Assembly: GCA_943787535.1 (NCBI GenBank)
Contig: CALSMU010000013.1
Coordinates: 16,529-80,528 of the forward strand
Direction: 5' to 3'
DNA: 64,000 nt
Source of the DNA: an uncultured Flavobacteriales bacterium
GTDB lineage: Bacteria; Bacteroidota; Bacteroidia; Flavobacteriales_D; Parvicellaceae
Below the pieces are notes generated by a model. That model did no database searches, was not told the DNA's origin, and saw nothing but the letters and a program-made list of their open reading frames with translations. A program made the position numbers and the translations under genes. Shown here piece after piece: positions 56,901 through 64,000 of this stretch; the first letter of the stretch is position 1, and every line of letters starts with the position of its first letter.

Positions 56901-58399
56901 CAGTGATTACTAATGTAATAGAGGTGGATGAATCTTGCCCAGGAATGTGCGATGGTTCTTTAGAGGTTGTTGCTAGTAATGTTACCCAGTATAGTATAGA
57001 TGGGGTTAATTTTGTAGCAGGTTCAATATTCACTAATTTATGTTCAGGGAGTTATACCGTATATGCCCAAGATGTTAATGGATGTTCAACAACTGCTCCA
57101 GCAGAGGTTTCAAGTCCAATAATTGTTGGAGTATCTGCAACTTCTACTAGCCCAATTTGTATTGGCGGTTCCTCCTTCTTAGACGGAACGACCACAGGAG
57201 GTACTCAACCTTTTACTTATGCATGGTCTGACAATGCTGGATCAGTAGTTTTTGCTACTGAAGATGGAAATGTTTCACCTGTTTTAGATGAGGTATATAC
57301 ATTTACTGCAACCGATGCAAATGGATGCTCTGCAGCAACGAATGTTTTAGTTCAAGTGAATGATCCTTTATCCCTTTCAGTATTTGGAGATACTCCAATT
57401 TGTGATGGTTCAGCGTCAAGTCTTTCAGCACTGGCAAGTGGTGGTGATGGTGGTCCTTACACTTACACTTGGGATCAAGGTTTGGGTGTTGGGCAAAACC
57501 AAACAGTTTTTCCTACGCAAACAACAGTTTATACGGTAACAGTTACAGATGGATGTGAAACACCACCAATTTCTGATCAAGTGACTGTAACGGTAAATAC
57601 AGTTCCGGCAATTTCATTTACTGGCGATCAATTGTCTGGTTGCGTTCCAGTTACAACTAATTTTTCCGATAACTTGGTTCCAGCTGGTTCATCTTGTTTA
57701 TGGAATTTTGGTGATGGAGGAACAAGCACTCAATGTGGAAATCCTTCTTATGTTTTTACACAACCAGGTTGCTGGGATGTAACGCTTACCGTAACTACTG
57801 CAGAAGGATGTGTTGAAACGGTTACGATTCCAAATTATGTTTGTGTTTTTGAATACCCTACCGCTGACTTTACATTTGGACCGCAACCAACCACTGTAAT
57901 GCATCCAACAATCGATTTCGATAATTTAAGCTCCAATGCGGATCTATATAATTGGACTTTTGATGTTGGGGGATTAGAAGACGAAAGCACTTTAGAAAAT
58001 CCTCAGTATACTTTTCCGGGTGCAAACCCTGGAACTTATGAAGTGTGTTTAGAGGCTATTACGGTTGAAGGATGTGCTGATGCAATTTGTCAGAACGTTG
58101 CAATCGATGAGGAATTTCTTCTTTATGTTCCAAATGCTTTTACACCAGGCGGAGGCGATTTACTGAATAACGAATTTAAACCCATTGTAAAAGGAGAAGA
58201 TCCTTTGAAATATTCGTTTATGGTGTTTAACCGATGGGGAGAATTAATTTTTGAAACCTCTCACTCATCTGAAGGATGGGATGGCACCTATAAAGGGCTT
58301 ATGTCTCAACAAGATGTTTATGTTTGGAAAGTAACTTGTACAGATGCTTCTTCGAAGGAGCCGCATGAATATATTGGGCACGTAACGTTATTGAAATAA
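53975..58399 (+). CDS. large cell-surface adhesin-like protein with SprB-type repeats, PKD-like domains and a type B T9SS (gliding-motility-associated) C-terminal domain
   Basis: Signal peptide MKHLKLISLVLFTILLSGIVYSQ, a Cys-rich N-domain, two 95-aa tandem repeats, and five repeats of about 75 aa with C...CDG.I...A....YS.D.G..F.....F..L..G.Y...V.D..GC. It also has PKD-like WNFGDGG and the C-terminal LYVPNAFTPGGGDLLNNEF.P......YSF.VFNRWGELIFE......GWDG.Y.G.......YVW. Confidence 0.9.
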   Translation: MKHLKLISLVLFTILLSGIVYSQSNTCNTLEPICTDVGLDFPAQTGVADASITDPGNNYSCLASSPNPTWYYMEVADAGGIDMDLSAGSDIDFALWGPFSNLADAQANCNSYGSAIDCSYSTAATENVNVPNAQIGEVYVLLITNYASVSQQITLEQTGGSGSTDCSIVDPCFMDFIDANVSVCAGGTFDITGQVQFTDPPTSGTLTVTNCSGDQQVFNAPFNSPINYAINGITADATAGCSVTAVFSDDPACTITTGTFTEPVCTCFMTLLDATVGVCNGATNSFDITGTVEFVNPPATGTLTVSNCSGDQQVFNAPFTSPQLFTIGGIAADGTAGCAVSAVFSADPACTLTTSTYTEPASCLCPAYAGTTTVTMTGFGTNNYVLCDGDQIDILSNGDNVADPSWIDPGLMYGIYTCPPTPGLEPGVDPCYSGFVVGGPSDLIDLNVGGSSGGLLAAIIGAGIPITGNTVYYAPMTAIDFGGLLYDPTCVDVGPVTAVTYLEPLVIAGVEDCQTGTVTVTISGGYPELLGGNYSISNILPATASVSPNPLTVSGGTVTISGLQDGDMYSFDVTDDNGCPIAFSGGPFVGLPVADAGTDAVECSFSYGLNATASFGTGTWTGAGVTFSNPNSPTSNATVTSAGSYTMTWTEDNGGGCADSDDVIVQFSNLSYIDAVVQSTCGSADGEITLTASDGVIAYQYSIDNGANFQASGNFTGLLAGNYNVVVQDNIGCQVTGVVSVTDQGGPVINNVIGIDPLCNAGCDGSISIDATDATQFSIDNGTTFQGVNVFPNLCPGNYDIVVTNAVGCQATSSAILNDPPALSYSAALTDVFCSGQCTGEIDVTVSGGTGTLQYSIDNGVTFGLNNVFTNLCVGNYDMVVEDANGCQTVANEPITEPAPLTVTLGITDPICNSSCDGMINSIPAGGDGNYSYVWSSGQLIPLVSNLCSGQYDLNVTDGNGCFIDTTVTLVGPAAAVITNVIEVDESCPGMCDGSLEVVASNVTQYSIDGVNFVAGSIFTNLCSGSYTVYAQDVNGCSTTAPAEVSSPIIVGVSATSTSPICIGGSSFLDGTTTGGTQPFTYAWSDNAGSVVFATEDGNVSPVLDEVYTFTATDANGCSAATNVLVQVNDPLSLSVFGDTPICDGSASSLSALASGGDGGPYTYTWDQGLGVGQNQTVFPTQTTVYTVTVTDGCETPPISDQVTVTVNTVPAISFTGDQLSGCVPVTTNFSDNLVPAGSSCLWNFGDGGTSTQCGNPSYVFTQPGCWDVTLTVTTAEGCVETVTIPNYVCVFEYPTADFTFGPQPTTVMHPTIDFDNLSSNADLYNWTFDVGGLEDESTLENPQYTFPGANPGTYEVCLEAITVEGCADAICQNVAIDEEFLLYVPNAFTPGGGDLLNNEFKPIVKGEDPLKYSFMVFNRWGELIFETSHSSEGWDGTYKGLMSQQDVYVWKVTCTDASSKEPHEYIGHVTLLK
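54488..55063 (+). repeat. tandem duplication of a 95-97 aa module inside the adhesin (54488-54772 and 54773-55063)
   Basis: CFMDFIDANVSVCAGGTFDITGQVQFTDPPTSGTLTVTNCSGDQQVFNAPF... versus CFMTLLDATVGVCNGATNSFDITGTVEFVNPPATGTLTVSNCSGDQQVFNAPF... Confidence 0.9.
55997..57109 (+). repeat. five consecutive SprB-type repeats of about 75 aa inside the adhesin
   Basis: Recurring C(x3-4)DG.I ... (Y/F)SIDNG..F ... F.NLC.G.Y..VV.D..GC pattern at aa ~680-1050. Confidence 0.8.
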
Positions 58400-58406
58400 T
58401 TAAAGC

Positions 58407-59306
58407 TTAGTTTTTAGGAGGTGCTGTTTCATTTGGTGGAATAAAATTCTTGTCATTTCGCGATTTACTAGTTCTTGCATCAAAATCTTTTAAGTATTTC
58501 CATTTGCCATTTTCCAAAACGAAAGCATCAAAACTTAAGTCTGGAACCAAATAATCCGGTATACCTGCTAACTGTCCTGACATTGGGGATAGGTGGTCAA
58601 ATATTATGTATTTTTTCTTTTTTATTAATTTGTACTTAACTGAAATGGTTGCTTTTTTACTGTATTGAAAAATAACTCTTCTTTTTGTGTCTTCCTCCTG
58701 TTTAAATATTGGCAATCCGAATTTGATTTTGTCTTTTCCTTGGAATACCATTGTTTCAATAATCTTTTTATTTGACATTCGATTGTTCCCATCCCAGCCT
58801 AATAAAGTATATGTTGTATTCAGACCTTTTTTTACGGGAATAATTTCATAATATAATGCTCCAAACCATTTTTTATCATTGTGTACGGTATATTCAACTC
58901 GTGTGGCATATTTAGATTTGTCATATAATTCTATTATCACGTATTCGCCTTTTCGTGAATCGTATTTCATTACTAAGCAGAAAAAATAATGTTCTTGGAT
59001 ATCTGGAACTTCAATATTCCAATTGAATATTCTAAAGGCTTTGTCAGGAGATATTTTTGTGCTCATTACCTTAGATAAAGCATTGAATTTATAAGTAAAA
59101 GCTTCATCATATCGAAGAGCTTTCCTTAAGGTGTTTTCAAAATGCGTATTCAATATAAATTTTTCTTTTAATGTCTCAGCTGTTCTTATTTGCTCAAGTG
59201 AAGTTAGCAGAGAGTCTTCAAAAGATTTAACTTTCTCGATGGCAGTTTGGGCCAAACCTGACGACATAAAGGAGAGTGAAATAAAAATGAAAAGCAAAAT
59301 TTTCAT
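58407..59306 (-). CDS. secreted hypothetical protein
   Basis: Signal peptide MKILLFIFISLSFMSSGLAQ (the tracked 22-aa extension is rejected). No recognisable motif. It is convergent with the adhesin gene, with a 7-nt gap. Confidence 0.7.
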   Translation of the reverse strand: MKILLFIFISLSFMSSGLAQTAIEKVKSFEDSLLTSLEQIRTAETLKEKFILNTHFENTLRKALRYDEAFTYKFNALSKVMSTKISPDKAFRIFNWNIEVPDIQEHYFFCLVMKYDSRKGEYVIIELYDKSKYATRVEYTVHNDKKWFGALYYEIIPVKKGLNTTYTLLGWDGNNRMSNKKIIETMVFQGKDKIKFGLPIFKQEEDTKRRVIFQYSKKATISVKYKLIKKKKYIIFDHLSPMSGQLAGIPDYLVPDLSFDAFVLENGKWKYLKDFDARTSKSRNDKNFIPPNETAPPKN

Positions 59307-59416
59307 AAAATGTAATTTAAAATATAACCGCTTATTTACTCCTGGGTTACAATAATTTATCCAAAAAAACACCTTTGCTAGATACGGTGATTAGATTGCA
59401 TAGTTTCAATTGAAAA

Positions 59417-59770
59417 TTAATCTATGTGAAGGCTATCTTTTTTAAGTAAAAGTTCTTCTTCTGTTTCAATATTGGCCTCATCATCTACGCAGCAGTCAAC
59501 TGGGCATACAGCAGCGCATTGTGGTTCATCATGAAACCCTTTACATTCAGTACATTTATCAGGAACTATATAATAGACGTCCATGTCCACTGGCTCCTGT
59601 TCAGCGTCAGCATCAACAGTTAAACCAGAGTTTTTTCCTTTAAAGAGGCCTTTTAACGATGTTCCTTCAGAAAACTTCCATTCAGCACCACCTTCGTATA
59701 TCGCATTATTAGGACACTCCGGTTCGCAAGCTCCACAATTAATACATTCGTCAGTTATTATAATCGCCAT
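59417..59770 (-). CDS. 4Fe-4S dicluster ferredoxin
   Basis: CINCGACEPECP and CTEC......C..VCP cysteine motifs. Confidence 0.9.
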   Translation of the reverse strand: MAIIITDECINCGACEPECPNNAIYEGGAEWKFSEGTSLKGLFKGKNSGLTVDADAEQEPVDMDVYYIVPDKCTECKGFHDEPQCAAVCPVDCCVDDEANIETEEELLLKKDSLHID

Positions 59771-59784
59771 CGTTTAAATCTTTA

Positions 59785-59792
59785 TAATTTTG
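59785..59792 (+). promoter_or_regulatory. candidate -7 box TAATTTTG (reductase gene)
   Basis: It fits TAnnTTTG and lies 34 nt upstream of the ATG at 59826. Confidence 0.4.
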
Positions 59793-59798
59793 CAAGTG

Positions 59799-59806
59799 CA
59801 AATGTA
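59799..59806 (-). promoter_or_regulatory. candidate -7 box (minus strand TACATTTG; ferredoxin gene)
   Basis: It fits TAnnTTTG and lies 29 nt upstream of the start at 59770. Confidence 0.4.
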
Positions 59807-59825
59807 ATCATTATTTAATTTGGAA

Positions 59826-60878
59826 ATGAATTTATATCAACGAGTTAAGGCATTAGAGAAATTAGGTGAAATTCTTACTTCAATTGGAGAGAGTAGAAGC
59901 TGGACAGGTTTTGACCTGGGTATTACTGAAGATGAGTACAATGCTTTGGAGGAATTGACGCGAAGGGTGCATGTTTTTAATGGATGGTTTACTGAAAAAG
60001 AAGTGAAGAATTCTTTCAAGGCTTGGGGGAAACTATTGTCATTAGAAAATATTGAAAACTGGATAAAGAAATATCCACTAGATGATGAAGGAGCTAATAA
60101 AGAAATTGGAATTGTTATGGCTGGTAACATCCCTTTAGTAGGTTTTCACGATTATTTATGCTGTTATGTCGCTGGATATAAATCAAAAATAAAATTATCA
60201 AGTGATGACGATAAGCTCTTTCCAGCTATTCTGAACATTTTAAATCATTTTGATAGTACAGTTTTGGATAGGTCTGAGGTGGTAGTTGCTCAATTAAAAG
60301 CTGTAGATGGAATAATTGCTACTGGAAGTAATAATACATCGAGGTATTTTGAGCAATATTTTGGAAAATACCCAAACATTATTCGCAAAAGCAGAACTTC
60401 AGTTGCTATAATTACAGGAGCAGAATCGGAAGAGGATCTGCAGGGTCTGGCTAATGATGTTTTTGCTTTTTATGGATTGGGTTGTAGAAATGTTACTAAA
60501 GTGTTTTTGCCAAAAGGATATGATTTGGATAATTTATTCAAAGCTTTTTTTCCATTCCAATATGTTTCAGAGAATAATAAATATGCTAATAATTACGATT
60601 ATCATAAAGCTGTTTTCATGATGGAACAGTATGATTTGCTTGAAAATGGGTTTCTGATCATGAAGGAAGATCAAAGTTTGCATTCTCCGATTGGTACGCT
60701 ATACTATGAATACTATAGTGATGCTAACTCAATTCAAGAACATTTAAAGCAGTTTGATGAAAACATTCAGTGCATTGTATCCAAAAAAGACATTCCTTTC
60801 GGTAAAGCGCAAAATCCTGAATTATGGGATTATGCAGATAATATCGATACCATGGAGTTTTTGCTTGGTTTGAAATAG
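59826..60878 (+). CDS. LuxC-like acyl-CoA reductase family protein
   Basis: Blocks VMAGNIPLVGFHD, ATGSNNTSRYFEQYFGKYPNIIRK.RTSVA, FAFYGLGCRNVTK and KYANNYDYHKAV match my recollection of the Flavobacteriia acyl-CoA reductase family. The ATG at 59826 is preferred over the TTG at 59820. Confidence 0.7.
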   Translation: MNLYQRVKALEKLGEILTSIGESRSWTGFDLGITEDEYNALEELTRRVHVFNGWFTEKEVKNSFKAWGKLLSLENIENWIKKYPLDDEGANKEIGIVMAGNIPLVGFHDYLCCYVAGYKSKIKLSSDDDKLFPAILNILNHFDSTVLDRSEVVVAQLKAVDGIIATGSNNTSRYFEQYFGKYPNIIRKSRTSVAIITGAESEEDLQGLANDVFAFYGLGCRNVTKVFLPKGYDLDNLFKAFFPFQYVSENNKYANNYDYHKAVFMMEQYDLLENGFLIMKEDQSLHSPIGTLYYEYYSDANSIQEHLKQFDENIQCIVSKKDIPFGKAQNPELWDYADNIDTMEFLLGLK

Positions 60879-60992
60879 TTGTTGCTAGCAATTTTCAACG
60901 ATTCAAAATAGTAATCAACAATGTAATAAGATTGATTTTTACATTCTTTACCTTTCCCTTACACAATTACCCTAAGACATAATTAAAATGAT

Positions 60993-61394
60993 ATGAGCAA
61001 AGAACTATTACTGAAAGATTGCATTGAAAATGTAAAGGCATTCCACGAAGCATTTTTAATTGGTAACGAAGAAGAACCAAAAGCAGAAATTCCTGAAGCT
61101 GACTATTTATTGCGTTACAAGTTAATGCGAGAAGAGAATGAAGAATATCTCGAAGCAGCTCAAAATGGTGATTTAATCGAAATAGCTGATGCTTGTGGTG
61201 ATATGCTTTACATTTTATGCGGGACGCTTTTAAAGCATGGTTTACAGCACAAAATAGAGGAAGTTTTTACCGAGATTCAACGAAGTAATATGAGTAAGTT
61301 GGATGAGAATGGACAGCCCATTTATCGCGAAGATGGAAAAGTGCTAAAAAGTACTAAGTACTTTAAACCGAATATTGCTGAGATTTTAGGGTGA
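60993..61394 (+). CDS. MazG-like all-alpha nucleoside triphosphate pyrophosphohydrolase family protein
   Basis: E..EE..E (LMREENEEYLEA) and ..D...D (IADACGDMLY) metal-binding helices in a 133-aa protein. Confidence 0.65.
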   Translation: MSKELLLKDCIENVKAFHEAFLIGNEEEPKAEIPEADYLLRYKLMREENEEYLEAAQNGDLIEIADACGDMLYILCGTLLKHGLQHKIEEVFTEIQRSNMSKLDENGQPIYREDGKVLKSTKYFKPNIAEILG

Positions 61395-61482
61395 AATTTT
61401 ACCTTAAAATAGTTGGCTTTTATTTTTTTTCTAAATAAAAAAACATGAGCTGAATTGCATCTCAATTTTCTACCTTTATCCC

Positions 61483-62115
61483 ATGCAAAAAACAGCCATT
61501 CTCCTAGGAGCAACCGGTCTCACTGGTTCACTTGTTTTAGAACAGCTTCTTTCCAATGCAAACTATGGAACAATCAAGCTTTTCTCAAGAAAATCAACGG
61601 GTATTTTTCATCCAAAAGTGAAAGAATATATAGGGGATCTTTTATTTTTAGAGGATTTCAAAGAAGACCTAACTGGAGATGATTTGTTCATTTGTATAGG
61701 AACCACCAAAAAGAAAACACCCAATCATCAGCAGTATCGAAAAATAGATTTGGGTATTCCCAAAAAAGCTGTTGAAATTTGTAAAAACAATGGAGTTTCT
61801 AAGGTCGCTGTGGTTTCTGCTATTGGGGCCAATGCAAAAAGTTCTATAGCCTACAATAAAATAAAAGGAGAGATGGAGCATGCTGTATTATCTGCTAATA
61901 TTGCGCATACTTATATTCTAAGGCCAAGCTTTATTGCGGGTAACAGGAAACAGCAGCGCACTGGAGAAGAATTGGGAATAGCGGTTTTTAAATGTTTTAA
62001 ATTTTTAATACCTAAGAAATACCGTGTGGTTGAAGCCAGAGCCATTGCCGCTAAAATGATCGCGTTGTGTAATTCTAACGCCTCTTCAAAAATTATTGAG
62101 TCGAACGATATTTAG
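61483..62115 (+). CDS. NAD(P)H-binding atypical SDR (HTATIP2/YbjT-like) oxidoreductase
   Basis: ILLGATGLTGS Rossmann motif. About 210 aa. C-terminal ILRPSFI.G.R. Confidence 0.8.
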   Translation: MQKTAILLGATGLTGSLVLEQLLSNANYGTIKLFSRKSTGIFHPKVKEYIGDLLFLEDFKEDLTGDDLFICIGTTKKKTPNHQQYRKIDLGIPKKAVEICKNNGVSKVAVVSAIGANAKSSIAYNKIKGEMEHAVLSANIAHTYILRPSFIAGNRKQQRTGEELGIAVFKCFKFLIPKKYRVVEARAIAAKMIALCNSNASSKIIESNDI

Positions 62116-62266
62116 TTAATGCGGTTTTAACGCTTCAATGGTTAGATGTTTTCACAATCTGAAAAATTAATTTTTTAATTGCGCTATAACGTTCTAGTAT
62201 AAAAGTCTTGAAGATGTATGGGTAGGGAGTTCTTTTATAGCTTATTACGTATCTGATTTTATGTTT

Positions 62267-62995
62267 TTATAAATTAATTTTTAGCATGTCTTTTTCTATT
62301 TCTGTGATCAAATAGACCAATTTTCGTTGATCTTCTGTTGCTAATCGATTGAAAAGTTTTTCACCTATATTTATCATTTCAAGACTCATTTCGAGTCCCT
62401 TAATTTGGCTTGATGTGTAATGACTTTCTTTGTTTTTCATTACAAGGATTAAATATTCAAGAATCTCTTTGATTTTCTTAATAAGCTTTCTATCCTGTAA
62501 GATTTCAAATAAAGATTGGAAAGTATCAATAAATTTTACTATTTCTTTACGAGGCAATAATTTTATAAGTGTTGTGATTTTTGATGGATCATAAGGAGCT
62601 TCTGTTTTATTTTTAATGACTTCATCGACAAGCATGTTTTCAAAACCTGTTGCTGCTCGGTATGATTTCATTACTTTAAGTGAAGTATTTAATATTTTGG
62701 GTAAATGGATTCCATATTTAAAGATTAGATTAGAGGTGTCCATTAAAATATTTAACAATTTTTTGGGATGCTTAATGTAATTATCTAGACTTTTGAATGA
62801 TTCGTTTAATTCTGCTCGCTTATTAAATTCTGGATAAATATAATTTAGGAAGTAATTCCTAAGTAAATTTACTGTCTCTTCATTTATTGATTCGGGGATT
62901 TCATATTGATTCTTGATATTTTCATATTGATATCTTTGATAAATAGTATTTCGATATCCTTCAATTATATCCTCCACAATTTTCTCTCTGTTCAT
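62267..62995 (-). CDS. all-helical hypothetical protein
   Basis: A clean 242-aa ORF with no signal peptide or recognisable motif. Confidence 0.7.
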   Translation of the reverse strand: MNREKIVEDIIEGYRNTIYQRYQYENIKNQYEIPESINEETVNLLRNYFLNYIYPEFNKRAELNESFKSLDNYIKHPKKLLNILMDTSNLIFKYGIHLPKILNTSLKVMKSYRAATGFENMLVDEVIKNKTEAPYDPSKITTLIKLLPRKEIVKFIDTFQSLFEILQDRKLIKKIKEILEYLILVMKNKESHYTSSQIKGLEMSLEMINIGEKLFNRLATEDQRKLVYLITEIEKDMLKINL

Positions 62996-63380
62996 CTCCT
63001 TCTATTTTTTAGGTTTTTCTCAATTAGAATCACAACATTTTAATATTTTAATCATCGGCAAGCTGTAAGTTTACTCTTTATTGGTAACTGCTGAGTTAAT
63101 GATGTAGAGGAGTGCGTTAGGAGTATTTAGTTATAATGTTCTATAACGCTAGAGTACACAATACACATAGCACTTAAAGATAGTAATTTTCCGATTCTTT
63201 GATAACTCAGATCCTTTTTTAATCCATTCTGAGTGTTGGTAAGCAAAGGCTGAATGCAGCTAGACTAATTTCCTCTTTAAGAGCTACTAATAAAATTTCG
63301 AAACCACAGAAAGAACGTAATAAATATTAGGAGTAAACAGTAAATTTGAACAGCTGGAAAATCTAGATAAGAAGACTAAC

Positions 63381-63596
63381 TTAAATAAGTTCTTCTAGTT
63401 CGCATCTAGATGTAGATCCATAATTAATTTCATTTCCGCAATTTTCCTTCGCTTTCTCAAAGTTTTGTGCTTTATATTGATCGCTCGAGTTGACATTCCC
63501 AAAGTGGTCGTAGCATGTACATTGAAAATCCTTTTTACAACTGCTTAATAATACCATTAAGGAAATTGTTAAGCATAAATTTTTATAAAATTTCAT
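63381..63596 (-). CDS. small Cys-rich putative lipoprotein
   Basis: MKFYKNLCLTISLMVLLSSC lipobox, followed by 5 further Cys in 50 aa. The tracked 16-aa extension is rejected. Confidence 0.5.
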   Translation of the reverse strand: MKFYKNLCLTISLMVLLSSCKKDFQCTCYDHFGNVNSSDQYKAQNFEKAKENCGNEINYGSTSRCELEELI

Positions 63597-63705
63597 CGGT
63601 TCTATTTTTAAATATGTTGCAGGTACCAGCGAAAGAGTACTCAATTAAGTTGCGATCTTTGAATTTTGAAAAATTTAAGTATTTAATCCTGTTGAAGAGT
63701 AAAAA

Positions 63706-64000
63706 CTAAAATCCTACTTTTTTCATAGGTTTTGTAATCTCTTCTTTGGTGGCAATCATTTTTATACAAGCAATTGCGCATTCAATACCTTTGTTTCCGT
63801 GCTTTCCTCCGGAACGGTCAATTGCTTGCTGCATCGTATTGTCTGTAAGCACACCAAAGATTACGGGTTTATTGTATTTAAGACTAACATCCATAATACC
63901 TTGCGTTACTCCGTGACAAACAAAGTCAAAATGTTTTGTTTCTCCTTGAATAACACTTCCTAATGCTATTACACCATCAATTTTTAAATGTTCCAAAAGA
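63706..64000 (-). CDS. ribH: 6,7-dimethyl-8-ribityllumazine synthase (C-terminal part; the gene continues past the window end)
   Basis: DGVIALGSVIQGETKHFDFVCHGVTQGIMDVSL....PVIFGVLT......AI.RSGGKHGNKG.E.A. The frame stays open to position 64000. Confidence 0.9.
   Translation of the reverse strand, partial: LLEHLKIDGVIALGSVIQGETKHFDFVCHGVTQGIMDVSLKYNKPVIFGVLTDNTMQQAIDRSGGKHGNKGIECAIACIKMIATKEEITKPMKKVGF

Noticed and set aside
61455-61682. 75-aa plus-strand ORF overlapping the start of the NAD(P)H-binding oxidoreductase in another frame.
   Set aside because: The overlapping 210-aa frame carries a clean Rossmann motif at its N-terminus. The 75-aa translation has no features.
62184-63152. Similar 12-14 nt motifs (CTATAACGTTCTAG / CTATAACGCTAG) flanking the 242-aa ORF. 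Considered as terminal repeats of a small mobile element.
   Set aside because: The repeats are too short and imperfect. There is no target-site duplication, the enclosed gene has no transposase or integrase features, and chance matches of this length are plausible in AT-rich DNA.
1-64000. Looked for CRISPR arrays, rRNA, tRNA, transposases, integrases, toxin-antitoxin pairs and known defence-system signatures.
   Set aside because: There are no regularly spaced direct repeats, no tRNA-like T-loop or acceptor patterns in the gaps, and no ORF with recombinase, transposase or defence-type motifs. The only tandem DNA repeats are the 19-nt triplet at 15224-15280 and the intragenic adhesin repeats.

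Overview
This is an AT-rich chromosomal segment from a Bacteroidota (Flavobacteriia-like) bacterium. The taxon is inferred from three things: type A and type B T9SS C-terminal sorting domains, repeated TAnnTTTG -7 promoter boxes about 20-45 nt upstream of start codons, and a gene order I recall as typical of Flavobacteriia (pdxJ / CBS / nadK / DUF6089-like / uppS / bamA / two ompH / murI). No database search was possible, so every family call rests on motifs read in the translations. The window contains, in order:
(1) A TPR-SpoIIE phosphatase (374-2509).
(2) A roughly 15 kb surface-glycan locus (2.5-17.9 kb). It has two Wzx-like flippases, two Wzy/ligase-like membrane proteins, GT2 and GT4 transferases, a PglC-like initiating transferase, a DegT aminotransferase, an MBOAT plus SGNH-like O-acylation pair, an SDR epimerase, an FkbM methyltransferase and a sulfotransferase.
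(3) rny-zapA, an M23 peptidase, an ArnT-like glycosyltransferase and trxB.
(4) An ECF sigma / anti-sigma / TPR module next to a barrel-less CarboxypepD_reg+Plug protein.
(5) The most interesting locus (27.8-35.8 kb): a SusD-less TonB-dependent receptor operon with a DUF5689-like lipoprotein and a T9SS-secreted choice-of-anchor-J/OB-like protein. It is divergent from two EEP-fold phosphoesterases, one of them T9SS-secreted. I propose this as a candidate extracellular nucleic-acid or phosphoester capture-and-import system.
(6) An outer-membrane biogenesis cluster.
(7) A 6 kb stretch (47.45-53.4 kb) where four genes carry frameshifts: an alpha/beta hydrolase with at least 5, and DUF1015, serA and serC with 1 each. 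I noticed no frameshift in the other genes of the window.
(8) A 1474-aa repeat-rich adhesin with a type B T9SS domain, a ferredoxin / LuxC-like reductase pair, and small housekeeping or hypothetical genes ending in a partial ribH.
I found no rRNA, tRNA, CRISPR array, transposase, integrase or recognisable defence system.
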